NCBI GenBank assembly: GCA_044225365.1
Contig: JBGAIQ010000041.1
Span: 1-52,543, forward strand
DNA length: 52,543 nucleotides
Direction: 5' to 3'
From: Planctomycetota bacterium
GTDB lineage: Bacteria > Planctomycetota > B15-G4 > JADJEK01
Shown here: positions 43,901 through 52,513 of the stretch, piece by piece
How the letters are laid out: each line of letters begins with the position of its first letter
Numbering within the stretch: position 1 is the stretch's first letter
Notes under the pieces: generated by a model
The model's input: the letters and a program-made list of their open reading frames with translations, nothing else
Told to the model about the DNA's origin: nothing
The model's database searches: none
Program-made: the position numbers and the translations under genes

Positions 43901-46728
43901 TGCTCCGGGCTCACGCGTATTGGCGAATGAAGCGTCTCGCGGTCGATCTCGTGATCCTGAACGCTCGCGCGTCGTCCTATCTGCAGGAGCTCCAAACCGC
44001 CCTGGAGACGATCGTACGCACCAGTCAATCGATGCCGCTCGCCGACGGCCAGCAGCCGCAGGGGCGCGTCTTCATCCTGCGGACCGACCGATTGACGGGC
44101 GCGCAACTCGACGTCTTGAAGAGCGTCTCGCGGATCGAACTCGCGAGCAGTCGCGGATCGCTCGCCGAGCAACTCTCGCGCGCGCAACGAGCGGACGCGA
44201 CGCCGGGGCCGTCCGCCCGCGTGGAGTCGTCGGCCGCGAGCGTGCCGCCGCCGGCGCCGCATCCCGAGCTCGAGTTCTTCAACGGAATCGGCGGCTTCCA
44301 CGCCGAGGGGCGCGAGTACGTGACGATCCTCCGGGCCGGTCAGCGCACGCCCGCGCCATGGATCAACGTTCTCGCGAACCCCGATTTCGGAGCGCTCGTC
44401 TCCGAATCGGGTTCGGGCTGCACCTGGTCGATCAACAGTCACGAGAACATGCTGACGGCGTGGTCGAACGATCCGGTGAGCGATCCGCCGAGCGACATGC
44501 TCTACATCCGCGACGACGACTCCCACGAACTATGGAGTCCGACACCGCTCCCGATCCGCAAGGAGAACGGCGAGTACGAGGTCCGTCACGGGCACGGCTA
44601 CACGCGTTTCCAATTCGAAGCGAACGGCATCGCATCCGATCTGCTGCAATTCGTTCCCATCGCCGATCCGCTCAAGGTGCAGCGCCTCACGCTCACCAAT
44701 CTCTCGTCGTCCATCAAGCGCCTCACGATCACCGGGTATCTCGAATGGGTCCTCGGATCGTCACGGAGCGGATCCGCGCCCTACGTGACGACGGAGATCG
44801 ATCCTTCGACCCAAGCGATGTTCGCGCGCAATTCGTGGAGCCGCGACTTCGGGACACGGATCGCATTCGCCGACCTCGGCGGCGCGCAGACGGCCTGCAC
44901 CGGGGATCGCACCGAGTTTCTCGGGCGCAACGGCGCACTCGATCGACCCGCGGCGCTCGATCGTCGCGAACGACTCTCCGGTCGCAGTGGCGCGGCATTC
45001 GACCCCTGTTGTGCGCTGCAGACGAGCATCGAGATCGCGCCGGGAGCGACGGCCCGCGTGGACTTCGTCGTCGGTCAGGCCGCGAATCGCGACGAAGCGC
45101 GAGAGTTGATCGTGCGCCAACGCAAGGCCGACGTCGCACGGGGCCTCGCCGCGGTCACCGACGAGTGGGATCGGGTCCTCGGGACGCTCGTGGTGAAGAC
45201 GCCGGACCGCGCGTTCGATCTCCTCGTGAATCAGTGGCTCCTGTATCAAACGCTCTCGTCGCGGATCTGGGCGCGATCGGCGTTCTACCAGGCGGGCGGC
45301 GCGTATGGTTTCCGCGATCAACTCCAGGATGTGATGGCGGTCCTCGCCGCGCGGCCGAAGATCGCGCGCGACCAGATCCTGCGCGCCGCGGCGCATCAAT
45401 TCACCGAAGGAGACGTGCTGCATTGGTGGCACGAGCCGGCGGGCCGCGGGGTACGGACGAGGATCAGCGACGATCTCCTGTGGCTCCCCTTCGTCGTGCA
45501 TCACTACGTCGAGACGACGGCGGACTCGGCGATCCTCGACGAGATCATTCCCTTCCTCGAGGGCGCGGTCCTCGGCGAAGGGCAACTCGAGTCGTACTTC
45601 GAGCCGCAGGTCTCGGCGTCGACCGCGTCGCTCTTCGAGCATTGCGCCCGTGCCATCGATCGCAGCCTCGGCGTCGGTGCGCACGGCTTGCCGAAGATCG
45701 GGACCGGGGATTGGAACGACGGGATGAATCGCGTCGGCTCCGGCGGCCAGGGTGAGAGCGTGTGGCTCGCGTGGTTCCTGCTCTCGGTCCTGAAGGCGCT
45801 CGCGCCGATCGCCGCATCGCGCGGCGAGAAGGAGCGCGCGGCGCGTTGGGAGGAGCACGCCAACGCGTTGAAGGCTGCAATCGAACGCGAAGGTTGGGAC
45901 GGTCAGTGGTACCGCCGCGCCTACTTCGACGACGGGACGCCGCTCGGCACAGCCGGAGCGGGGGCGTGCGCCATCGATTCGATCGCTCAATCGTGGAGCG
46001 TGCTCTCAGGGTCCGGGGATCCCGATCGCGCGCGCGTCGCGATGGAATCGGTCGATCGCCATCTCGTGCGACGGCACGACGGACTGATCCTCCTGCTCAC
46101 GCCGCCGTTCGATCGAACGGGGGTCGAGCCCGGATACATCCAGGGCTACGTGCCCGGTGTTCGCGAGAATGGAGGACAATACACTCACGCGGCGATCTGG
46201 GCGGCGATCGCGTTCGCGGAGCTGGGCGACGGCGACAAGGCTTTCGAGCTGTTCGCCATGTTGAACCCGATCCGGCGTTGCGCGACCTCGCGGGGTATGC
46301 AGTGTTATCGAGTCGAGCCGTACGTCGCCGTCGGTGACGTCTACTCCGAGCCTCCCCACGTCGGGCGCGGCGGGTGGACGTGGTACACCGGATCGGCCGG
46401 ATGGCTTTATCGCGCGGGCACCGAATGGATCCTCGGAATCCGCCTTCGCGGCGATCGCCTGATCCTCGACCCTTGCATTCCCTCGAATTGGCCCGGCTTC
46501 TCCGCGACGCTGCGGCGCGGTTCCGCGCGCTACGAGATCACGGTCGAGAATGGGGCGGGCGTGTGCAGAGGCGTCCAGCGCCTCGAACTCGACGGCGTCT
46601 CGTTGGTCGATCTCTCCGGGATCCCCTTCGCCGACGATCGACGGACCCATCGAGTGCGAGTCGTGCTCGGCGCGGGGACGGCGGCGGAGTCGGTGGCCGC
46701 CACGGAGCAACACGTCGTCGAGCCGTGA
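37945..46728 (+). CDS. ndvB: Cyclic beta-1,2-glucan synthase (NdvB/ChvB/Cgs; GT84 plus C-terminal GH94 phosphorylase)
   Basis: AAEWLLDNF, GWERKRGKL, TLDSDT, LLSHDLFEG, RQHRWARGDWQ, PPDNFQE, SWSGSMFEYLMP, GGAYGFRDQLQD, GDWNDGMNRVG, ENGGQYTH, GWTWYTGSA. Start 37909 or 37945. Confidence 0.95.
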   Translation: MKRPRTLFFPSLPPLEEPIRAEIFGIERLEQHAESLAAAQRVTDGDEPQLTLLPRVESNGRALREANRIIADAVRQERWITPAAEWLLDNFFIVDEQLREIRDDLPVGFYRELPALAEGHLAGFPRVYGIAWAFVAHTDSRFDPVALRRFVQAYQRVQPLTIGELWAVTISLRVVLVENLRRMADAIVGGRVVREEADALADEILGLSERGVNSVAEVMSREDNPRLVTEFAVELVQRLRDRDPAVTPALAWLHQRLAAQGTTADEIALVEHGRQAARTVTVRNIITSMRLISALDWTAFFESVSLVDEKLRASSTYSSMDFASRDGYRHAIEELARGSNRTELDVTKRALERSGSATDPRHSDPGFYLVGSGRREFERELGFRPSLLLWLRREFLDAATPGYLGALVLTTLGILAAVLFAATAVPISTYGRIVLGVFALIPASEIAIAILNRFVTTVVTPEVLPRLEWKGGVPTEFKTLVAVPTLLAGRADIDEQVERLEVHYLANSDGDVRFALVSDWPDAPTEHAPGDEEILVAARDGIARLNERYGPTLSGEDRFFLFHRKRLWNEREGTWMGWERKRGKLHELNRLLRGATDTTFLATKGPGGPGGAGGPAGSTPVAPSGVRYVVTLDSDTRLPIGAIHRLVGTMAHPQNRPRLDPESKRVVEGYAVLQPRVTPPLPGRSGSVFQRLCSGASGIDPYASAVSDVYQDLFAEGSYTGKGIYDVDAFEAALDGRVPENALLSHDLFEGVFARAGLVTDVELFESAPSNYLTAASRQHRWARGDWQLLPWILRERLLPIDRWKMIDNLRRTLAMATAYLTLALGWIWPGSSPAHWTAFVIAVVAVPAFLPAGVGVWPRVPGLSKRSHLRAVARDFRAALGQTFLTLTIMAHQAWSMIDAIVRTLWRLDVSHGPMLEWQTMSQAASNAPLALAGFYRRMMGGIVLALAAAVLVAWRRPEAWPSALPLLALWVFAPVIARFVSLPGRRERTKPLSDDEARELRLTGRRTWRYFETFVPKDGRALPPDNFQETPSPVIATRTSPTNIGLYLLSIVSARDFGWIGTLDAVDRLESTLRTIRGLEQHRGHLFNWYDTQDGRTLEPKYVSSVDSGNLAGCLLTLASACRAMLDHPVLGPSAIAGIRDALDLLLGDAIESGDGERSASVEHKRFGEALDVVRTEVEGMPRDLVEWAARIAELEASTRTVANCARDVASESANRSSVREGAELLRAAVDTHSRDLDTLLPWSKLRVDDSVSDVFAELNHMPTLAELPARCEAALREIIAIRAANAETGSVTNRSLRTVDALVSSLERAVAAASALSKRIERLESEARAMFAAMDFRLVFDSTRMLFSIGYRMHDGSLDTGRYDLLASEARILSFVAIAKGDVPVRHWFRLGRSLTPMGNDSVLLSWSGSMFEYLMPSLIMRTPSGSLLEQTCRLVVRRQIEYGIERGVPWGISESGYFVRDLEMTFQYSNFGVPGLGLRRGLGDDIVVAPYATALASMVEPVAAVENLRALASAGALGKYGYYDALDFTPERLPADKQSEVVRTFMAHHQGMTIVAISNVLNDAAMRARFHAEPMVRACELLLQERTPRDVAVARPLLDAATAKGDVRETTPPHTRTFTSPHGATPRTQLLSNGRYAVMVTAAGSGYSRWKDIAITRWREDATKDDTGSFIYLRDVLSSERWSAGYQPSAETPESYHVSFAEDRAEFLRRDGAIATRLEVIVSAEDDAEVRRVSLTNHGVRTREIEVTSYAEIVLASQAADAAHPAFSNLFVQTESVEDRDTLLATRRRRSPEESEVWLAHVIAVEGETIGDLEWETDREQFLGRGRGVRVPSAMMEGRHLSNTVGSVLDPILSLRRRVRVRPGKTVRVAFATLVASSRSAVLDLADKYHDVTTFERVATLAWTHAQVQMHHLGITSDEAHLFQTLGGSVLFVDRALRASANLIARRAEGVTSLWAHGISGDLPIVVVEIEEIDAIDIVRQLLRAHAYWRMKRLAVDLVILNARASSYLQELQTALETIVRTSQSMPLADGQQPQGRVFILRTDRLTGAQLDVLKSVSRIELASSRGSLAEQLSRAQRADATPGPSARVESSAASVPPPAPHPELEFFNGIGGFHAEGREYVTILRAGQRTPAPWINVLANPDFGALVSESGSGCTWSINSHENMLTAWSNDPVSDPPSDMLYIRDDDSHELWSPTPLPIRKENGEYEVRHGHGYTRFQFEANGIASDLLQFVPIADPLKVQRLTLTNLSSSIKRLTITGYLEWVLGSSRSGSAPYVTTEIDPSTQAMFARNSWSRDFGTRIAFADLGGAQTACTGDRTEFLGRNGALDRPAALDRRERLSGRSGAAFDPCCALQTSIEIAPGATARVDFVVGQAANRDEARELIVRQRKADVARGLAAVTDEWDRVLGTLVVKTPDRAFDLLVNQWLLYQTLSSRIWARSAFYQAGGAYGFRDQLQDVMAVLAARPKIARDQILRAAAHQFTEGDVLHWWHEPAGRGVRTRISDDLLWLPFVVHHYVETTADSAILDEIIPFLEGAVLGEGQLESYFEPQVSASTASLFEHCARAIDRSLGVGAHGLPKIGTGDWNDGMNRVGSGGQGESVWLAWFLLSVLKALAPIAASRGEKERAARWEEHANALKAAIEREGWDGQWYRRAYFDDGTPLGTAGAGACAIDSIAQSWSVLSGSGDPDRARVAMESVDRHLVRRHDGLILLLTPPFDRTGVEPGYIQGYVPGVRENGGQYTHAAIWAAIAFAELGDGDKAFELFAMLNPIRRCATSRGMQCYRVEPYVAVGDVYSEPPHVGRGGWTWYTGSAGWLYRAGTEWILGIRLRGDRLILDPCIPSNWPGFSATLRRGSARYEITVENGAGVCRGVQRLELDGVSLVDLSGIPFADDRRTHRVRVVLGAGTAAESVAATEQHVVEP

Positions 46729-46826
46729 GGGCTGCGTAGCGGAACTTCACGACGCGCATCGATTTTTCTCGTAACGCGCCGGGCGTCCGTGGGGGGAGAA
46801 TCCACGAAACCGGCAACCCGGAACCC

Positions 46827-47777
46827 ATGAAGCTCTTCGACGACGAAACCTTGCTCGCACGTTGGCGTGACGATCGCGACGGCGATGCGTTCGCGGAACT
46901 CGCTCGGCGTCACGCGCCGGTCGTCTTCGACATCACCCGCCGCGTTCTTCGCGAGCGAGGCTTGGCCGAGGACGTCCTACAAGAAGCTCTCCTCGACCTC
47001 GCACTGGAACGCACGCAGCGACCCGCGGAGGTCGGTGTGGCGGCTTGGCTCGTTCGTTTCGCCGTGCACCGCGCCCGCAGTAAGCGAGTCTCCGAGATGC
47101 GAAGGACGACGCGGCAGGTCGCATACGCGTCCCAAGGCCCCAGGGAGACCCTTCCGGACGAGGCCGTCGAGTTGGAGAGCGAGCTGCAACGAGCCCTCGG
47201 CTCATGCAACGACGAAGACCGCGCGCTGCTCGCCCTGCGCTTCCTCCACGGTTGGGAGTACGACCGGATCGCATCGGCCTTGGCGATGGATGCCGTCGCG
47301 GTGCGAGTGCGCCTGCATCGAATCCTCCTGCGCATCCGCTCTCGTCTTGCTCGCGGAGCGGTGATGGCGACTTTCGAGGCGCGAATGCTCGCGCGACTTC
47401 TCGAAACACCGGTTTTCACGACCGCGCCCGATTCGCTCGACGGGTGGATCGAATCCGTCGTGAAGAGCGCGAGGTCACCGCTCGGACCCATCGTCGACGA
47501 AGTCGAACGCGGTGCACGAAGATCGCGACGGCGGATCGCGATCCTCGCCGGAGCGGCGCTGCTGTTCCTCGCCACGGTCGCGGTGCCGAGCAAGAACTCG
47601 AGCGAAGGACTCGCCAGCGTTCCATCGGGCCCGTCACGAGTCGTCGCTCCGTCGACGGACGATCCCTTCGTGATCGCGAGGCCCACGGATCCGACGATCG
47701 GACGCGGCTGCGAGTTGCTCGCGAGTTCGAGCGTCGGGATTCGACTGGAGATCGCATGCGCAAGCCCGTCGCGCTGA
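46827..47777 (+). CDS. ECF-type sigma-70 factor with C-terminal TM-containing extension
   Basis: sigma2 DAFAELARRH...AEDVLQEA; sigma4 LRFLHGWEYDRIASAL...VRVRLHR; RRRIAILAGAALLFLATVAV transmembrane helix. Confidence 0.85.
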   Translation: MKLFDDETLLARWRDDRDGDAFAELARRHAPVVFDITRRVLRERGLAEDVLQEALLDLALERTQRPAEVGVAAWLVRFAVHRARSKRVSEMRRTTRQVAYASQGPRETLPDEAVELESELQRALGSCNDEDRALLALRFLHGWEYDRIASALAMDAVAVRVRLHRILLRIRSRLARGAVMATFEARMLARLLETPVFTTAPDSLDGWIESVVKSARSPLGPIVDEVERGARRSRRRIAILAGAALLFLATVAVPSKNSSEGLASVPSGPSRVVAPSTDDPFVIARPTDPTIGRGCELLASSSVGIRLEIACASPSR

Positions 47778-50188
47778 CTCTCGCCCTCGCCGCGTCCTCG
47801 CTCTTTCGTGGGGTCCTGGCGCAGACCCCAACCCAAGTCGCGTCGACCGCGCCCACGCCGTTCCCCATCGACCTCGCGCTCGGCATCAAGAGTCCGTCGC
47901 AGCTCGATCGCCTCGCGATGAGTCCGGACGGGCGATACGTCGCCTACACGATCGCGGGCGCTGCGGGTCCGGCGTCGGGGACGACGGCAGGAGGCGGCGA
48001 CGCGCCTGTGATCCCGGCTCCATCCGCCGCGCCCGAGTGGTGTAGAGGACTGCGTCTTCACGTCGTCGATACGACGAACGGAAAGGTCGATTGGGTCAGT
48101 TCGGAGTCCGCGACGGCGTGGGCCGCGAATTGGTCGCCCGATGGCAAGACCGTCGCGTTCTACTGCGACGCCGGCGGCGAGGTCGGCCTCTGGATCCACC
48201 GCGTGAGCGAGTCCGGAGCGACGCGGCTCGGGAAGTTCGTCGTCGGCACTTCCCATCCCACGCGACCGGAGTGGATGCCGGACGGCGAGAAGATCCTCGT
48301 TCCCGTGGTCGCGAGAGCGGCGCCGCCGAACGATCCGGCGCGAGAGTCCGAAGCGCGACCCCAGATGACGCTCGCGCCGGTCGCGCCGGCCGCGCCGCGC
48401 GTGACGGTCCGCGTGACGGGCGACGAGCGGGTCGCCACTCCGAGTTCGAAGGCCCCGACCGAGGAGTCCGCGTCGCCGCAACCGGTGCAGTCCCTCGTCG
48501 TCGGCCCGCCGGCGGCTCTCGTTGCCGTGAACGTCGGGAACGGAAGTCTCACGGAGATCCTGCCGTCCGGCGATCGCCCGACGTTCGTCGCCGCGAAGGT
48601 GTCCGCCTCGGGCTCGTTCGTCGCCTGCGAGCAATCGCTGCGCGCGGTGTTCGAGGGGGGCCTGAAGGTGCTCCTCGATCTCACGCTCGTGCGGGTCGCC
48701 GACGGGAAAGCGGTCCATCGCGTCGAAGGGATCGAGCTCGACGTCAACATCGATCCCCACTCGCCGACGCTCGCCGCGATGGCGTGGCACCCGCTCCTCG
48801 ATCGCTTCGCCTACCTCCACGCCGGACGGCTCGTCCTCATCGATCTCACGGTCGAGCCGTCGATCACGCGAGAGTTGCCGCTCGGAGAGAACGCGGCACG
48901 CGCCGACCGATTGCGATTCTCGCCCGATGGATCGAGGCTCTTCGTCAGCGTGCTCGCTCCGGACTCTCCCGCCGAGGATCCGTTCCTCGAGCGCATCGTC
49001 GCGGTCCCGACCGGCGAAGGCTCTCGGCAGGACCTCCTGCCGCCCGCCGGATTGAAGCTGCGCGGACTGATCGCCGCGAACTGGCGAACGGCGTGGCAGC
49101 CGGAAGCGGGGGCGGTCCTCGTTGCCGCGACCGACACGCAGACCGGTGAGTCAGTGATCGCACGACTGCCTGTGGACGGCGGCCCTGCGGCGGTGGTCCG
49201 TCGGATCGAGGGCAGCCAGCGCGTGGTCGCGGCCGTCGAGAACGGTCGCGCGGTGGCGCTCGTCGAGAACGCCTCGACGGCGCCGGACTACTTCCTCCTC
49301 GATTCCGATCTCGCTCCCTCGCAACGTCTCAGCGTCGCGGAACCAAGACTCAAAGGAGTCGTAGTCGGACCGGTCGAGAGCTTCGCCACCCAGGTCGAGC
49401 TGCGCGGCGAATCGAAGACCGTACGCGCGGTAATCGCGCTGCCCCCTGGCGGAAAGCGCGGCGGACGGTTCCCGACCCTCGTCACGCTCTACCCGGGGAT
49501 GGAGCTCAGTCGGCAGGCGCGATCGTTCGGCGGCGGCAGCGTCGCCATGATCCCCGCCGCGGTCTTCACGACGCGTGGCTACGCGGTGCTCACCCTCGAC
49601 GTTCCGCTCGCACCCTTCGGCGTTCCGTCGGATCCACGAAGCGACATCCAATCGGTCGTCCTGCCGCAGATCGCCCATGCGATCGAGCTCGGATACACCG
49701 ACGGCGCTCGAGTCGGCGTGATGGGTCACTCCTACGGCGGCTACGGAGCGGCCTGCCTCGCTTGCGGGACGAATACGTTTCGCGCGGTGGTCGCGGTCAG
49801 CGGGAGCTACGACCTCGCCGGAACCTACGCCATGCAGCGATCGAACGAGCCCGATACCGACGGATCGACGCTGAACATGGAGTACATGGAACGCCATCAA
49901 GGTCGCATGGGCACGCCGCTGTGGGACGAGCCGCAACGCTATCTCGACAATTCGCCCTACTTCCAGGCGCACACGATTCGAGCCCCGATGCTCCTGCTGC
50001 ACGGCCGCGCCGATACGACCTGCGCGGTCAGCGAGGCCGAGAAGATGTTCAACTCGCGGAGGCGACTCGGCGGCAGCGCAGAGCTCGCCATCTACGAAGG
50101 CGAGGAGCACGTGCCCGACGAGTGGTCGCGCGAGAACCGCCTCGACATGGTGACGCGCACTCTCGCGTTCTTCGAACGCCATCTCTGA
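47756..50188 (+). CDS. Secreted S9 (prolyl oligopeptidase / acylaminoacyl peptidase) family peptidase
   Basis: ATG 47756 with GGAG RBS and a signal peptide; SPDG propeller repeats; GHSYGG nucleophile, HGRAD, EEH catalytic residues. Confidence 0.92.
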   Translation: MRKPVALTLALAASSLFRGVLAQTPTQVASTAPTPFPIDLALGIKSPSQLDRLAMSPDGRYVAYTIAGAAGPASGTTAGGGDAPVIPAPSAAPEWCRGLRLHVVDTTNGKVDWVSSESATAWAANWSPDGKTVAFYCDAGGEVGLWIHRVSESGATRLGKFVVGTSHPTRPEWMPDGEKILVPVVARAAPPNDPARESEARPQMTLAPVAPAAPRVTVRVTGDERVATPSSKAPTEESASPQPVQSLVVGPPAALVAVNVGNGSLTEILPSGDRPTFVAAKVSASGSFVACEQSLRAVFEGGLKVLLDLTLVRVADGKAVHRVEGIELDVNIDPHSPTLAAMAWHPLLDRFAYLHAGRLVLIDLTVEPSITRELPLGENAARADRLRFSPDGSRLFVSVLAPDSPAEDPFLERIVAVPTGEGSRQDLLPPAGLKLRGLIAANWRTAWQPEAGAVLVAATDTQTGESVIARLPVDGGPAAVVRRIEGSQRVVAAVENGRAVALVENASTAPDYFLLDSDLAPSQRLSVAEPRLKGVVVGPVESFATQVELRGESKTVRAVIALPPGGKRGGRFPTLVTLYPGMELSRQARSFGGGSVAMIPAAVFTTRGYAVLTLDVPLAPFGVPSDPRSDIQSVVLPQIAHAIELGYTDGARVGVMGHSYGGYGAACLACGTNTFRAVVAVSGSYDLAGTYAMQRSNEPDTDGSTLNMEYMERHQGRMGTPLWDEPQRYLDNSPYFQAHTIRAPMLLLHGRADTTCAVSEAEKMFNSRRRLGGSAELAIYEGEEHVPDEWSRENRLDMVTRTLAFFERHL

Positions 50189-50648
50189 TGGGGCCGCGCG
50201 ACGGAATCGAGCGTGCGGCGCCGCGCCCAATTGCACGCGGCAAGGCCGTCGTTTCGGAGTCGGTTTCCCGCCGCCGCGGAACGCTGACGCTCATGAACAC
50301 ATGAGGTATCATGCCGGGCGGCGCGCGGCTTTCCACGCGTTCGTCCGCTGCGCGTGCGCGGGCCCGAGCGGCTGGAGTCGAGGGAGCGACAGTGTGGCAA
50401 GTGCGATGCGCTCAGCGCGAAGCGATCCTGAAGACGTCCGAGGACACGGCTTGGAGACGCGGGCGGTGGGCGGGGCGCTCTATTTCGCTCTTGGCGAACC
50501 CAGCAAGGCGAACGAGCAGGCGGGCAAGAGCCCGTCCTCGCGAACGCGTCGCCCTCGCCGGGTGCTTTCCGAAGGCTCACCGGCAAGGAGCCGGGTGGCT
50601 GCGAATGGGCCCATGCCGACGCCGTGCTCGATGCCCGGAACACTCGCC

Positions 50649-50837
50649 ATGGTCCAGGACGCGAACGGAGTCCTGGCGCCGATCACAATCGTCGCCGCGC
50701 TGAAGCGCGAAGAGGACGAGCTCGTTGCGCCCGCGCACGTGCTGAAGGAAGACGATTATTCCCCCGGCGAGGCGGCTGGGGCGCCGGTGCTCGCGCCGGC
50801 GAATTTGGATGCTAAAAGTTCCCTGGTATTGAACTGA
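50649..50837 (+). pseudogene. Possible gene fragment at the GC transition
   Basis: Host-like codon usage (MVQDANGVLAPITIVAALKREEDE...) that runs into AT-richer DNA near 50800. Confidence 0.2.
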
Positions 50838-50933
50838 GGCGGAGTGTGGGAGTCCAAATGGTGTATCGGAATCTGGTTCATGCGCTTTACAGGTTGGTGC
50901 GAGTTCTGACCGGACTGTCAAGGTAGCATCGTA

Positions 50934-52019
50934 GTGATACCTAGACGCTATTCGCTGCTCGTTGCCCTCGCAATCATGATTGTGGGCATTTCGCATCGTC
51001 ACTACATTGGATCGCGCAGGGATCTTGCAGGCGACATAGGGACTTCGGAGCAAGGTGCGGGGCGCCGCCTCGAACGAACTCATGGCTTTGTGAATATTCT
51101 GGTGGATAACAAGCTCCCGGTGGATGGCTGTTTGTTGGAAACGTATTGTAACGATGTGATCTCCCGAATGAAATGGGGCTGCGCGAGGATCGAGACAGCA
51201 CGGGAATGGACATCAGATGTATTTATTACCAACGACTCACAGCTCGCGCGTCGACTCGCGACGATGAACAAGATTGCAGAAACCTACGGTCGGGATTCCT
51301 CCGTAATTGATCGGATTCTGCGTGACGCGGCATTAGGAAGTGTTGCCGGCATCTGCTTCGAGCGTTCCGACACGATCATTGTATTCGCGGCCGTATCGGA
51401 TACGGCCTTGATACTTCGAACCGTGCTACATGAGTTGATGCATCAGTACTTGTACCACTCCGTCGTAAGTAAGCCACCCTCTATTCTGTGCGAAGCTCTC
51501 TGCGACTTGTGGGCTGATGCTCTACTCCTAGAGACGGCGGGAGTAGAATGGCAGTTTGACTTCATTCGTTCAGAGCACTTTGATGTCATACGTAACGCCT
51601 TACAGCGGCCATCCAAAGCGACATCCTCTCTGCTGCGATTTCAAAAACTCGTGTCAAATCTAGGGTTTTCGGCGGAAGCCGAAATAAATTCCTATTCGGG
51701 GATGATGCACGCCGTGGGTGGTCTTGCTGTGTGTGCTCGATGCAGGGACGTAGGAGGTAGTGGATATAGCGCGTTAGAAGGTGTTACAAGAAACATTCTC
51801 GACGAGTCAAACCAGCGCAAATTCATAGGCGATTGGTGGGAATCATGGGGTTCTCCGGTCGTGGCTTGCGCTTCGGAGTTTGGAATCCACATTGCTCCGT
51901 CGGCGATCGCGCAGCGAGGAGATGCTCTGGTATCTTACGTGCGAGGCGGAAACGATTGTATATCTGTCACGGCTACGTTTTCAGCGCACTCCTTGCGAGT
52001 ATTCGCTCATCCAGATTGA
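50934..52019 (+). CDS. Low-GC hypothetical membrane-anchored zincin-like protein
   Basis: 361-aa ORF; N-terminal TM helix; VLHELMHQY...LCEALCD (HExxH plus distal E); about 48% GC in one hand-counted line. Confidence 0.65.
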   Translation: MIPRRYSLLVALAIMIVGISHRHYIGSRRDLAGDIGTSEQGAGRRLERTHGFVNILVDNKLPVDGCLLETYCNDVISRMKWGCARIETAREWTSDVFITNDSQLARRLATMNKIAETYGRDSSVIDRILRDAALGSVAGICFERSDTIIVFAAVSDTALILRTVLHELMHQYLYHSVVSKPPSILCEALCDLWADALLLETAGVEWQFDFIRSEHFDVIRNALQRPSKATSSLLRFQKLVSNLGFSAEAEINSYSGMMHAVGGLAVCARCRDVGGSGYSALEGVTRNILDESNQRKFIGDWWESWGSPVVACASEFGIHIAPSAIAQRGDALVSYVRGGNDCISVTATFSAHSLRVFAHPD

Positions 52020-52513
52020 GAGTTGGCTATGGAACAGACGCATGCTTGTAGGGACTCTTGGAGGCGTGCATAGGCGAATTGTAACTGGCGGCGGCTCAGA
52101 CCTCACCACCCCGGCTGCGGAGAGTTATGTCGACCAATCCACGTACATCCTCGCTCGCTTCTCTCTCTCTCGCTGCCTCGGTGACCGATGCGTTCACATC
52201 CCAGCAACTTGTTCTGGTGATAACTGGAGGAGGCCGACACCATAGAGTTCATCGAAGAACTCTCCACTACGTCGGAACCTAGCAAGGCGCATCCCCGCGG
52301 AACCGAGCTACCCTCTGGAGCGAAGGTACCAGTGACGTTTGGGTGTCGGGCTCAACGAAACGCCTGCCACCATGACCTGACCGAGCCCCCTCCTCCCGCG
52401 GACCGGGCACCTCCGCGAGCCCGCGAGAAGGGTCGCGACCCGCCCTTGCTCCGACGACTTCTCGAGCGAGCTGATAGAGTGGGCGTCTTGTCCTCGGTAC
52501 GAACGGCATCTCT

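Noticed and set aside
50301-50648. CDS 50301-50837 as a full gene
   Set aside because: The 5' portion is low-complexity and Arg/Ala-rich with no motif; only the part from 50649 looks coding.
52347-52392. Hammerhead ribozyme (cgaaac, ctgaccga, gggctc/gagccc)
   Set aside because: CUGANGA is imperfect, there is no GUH cleavage triplet, and stems I and III do not form.
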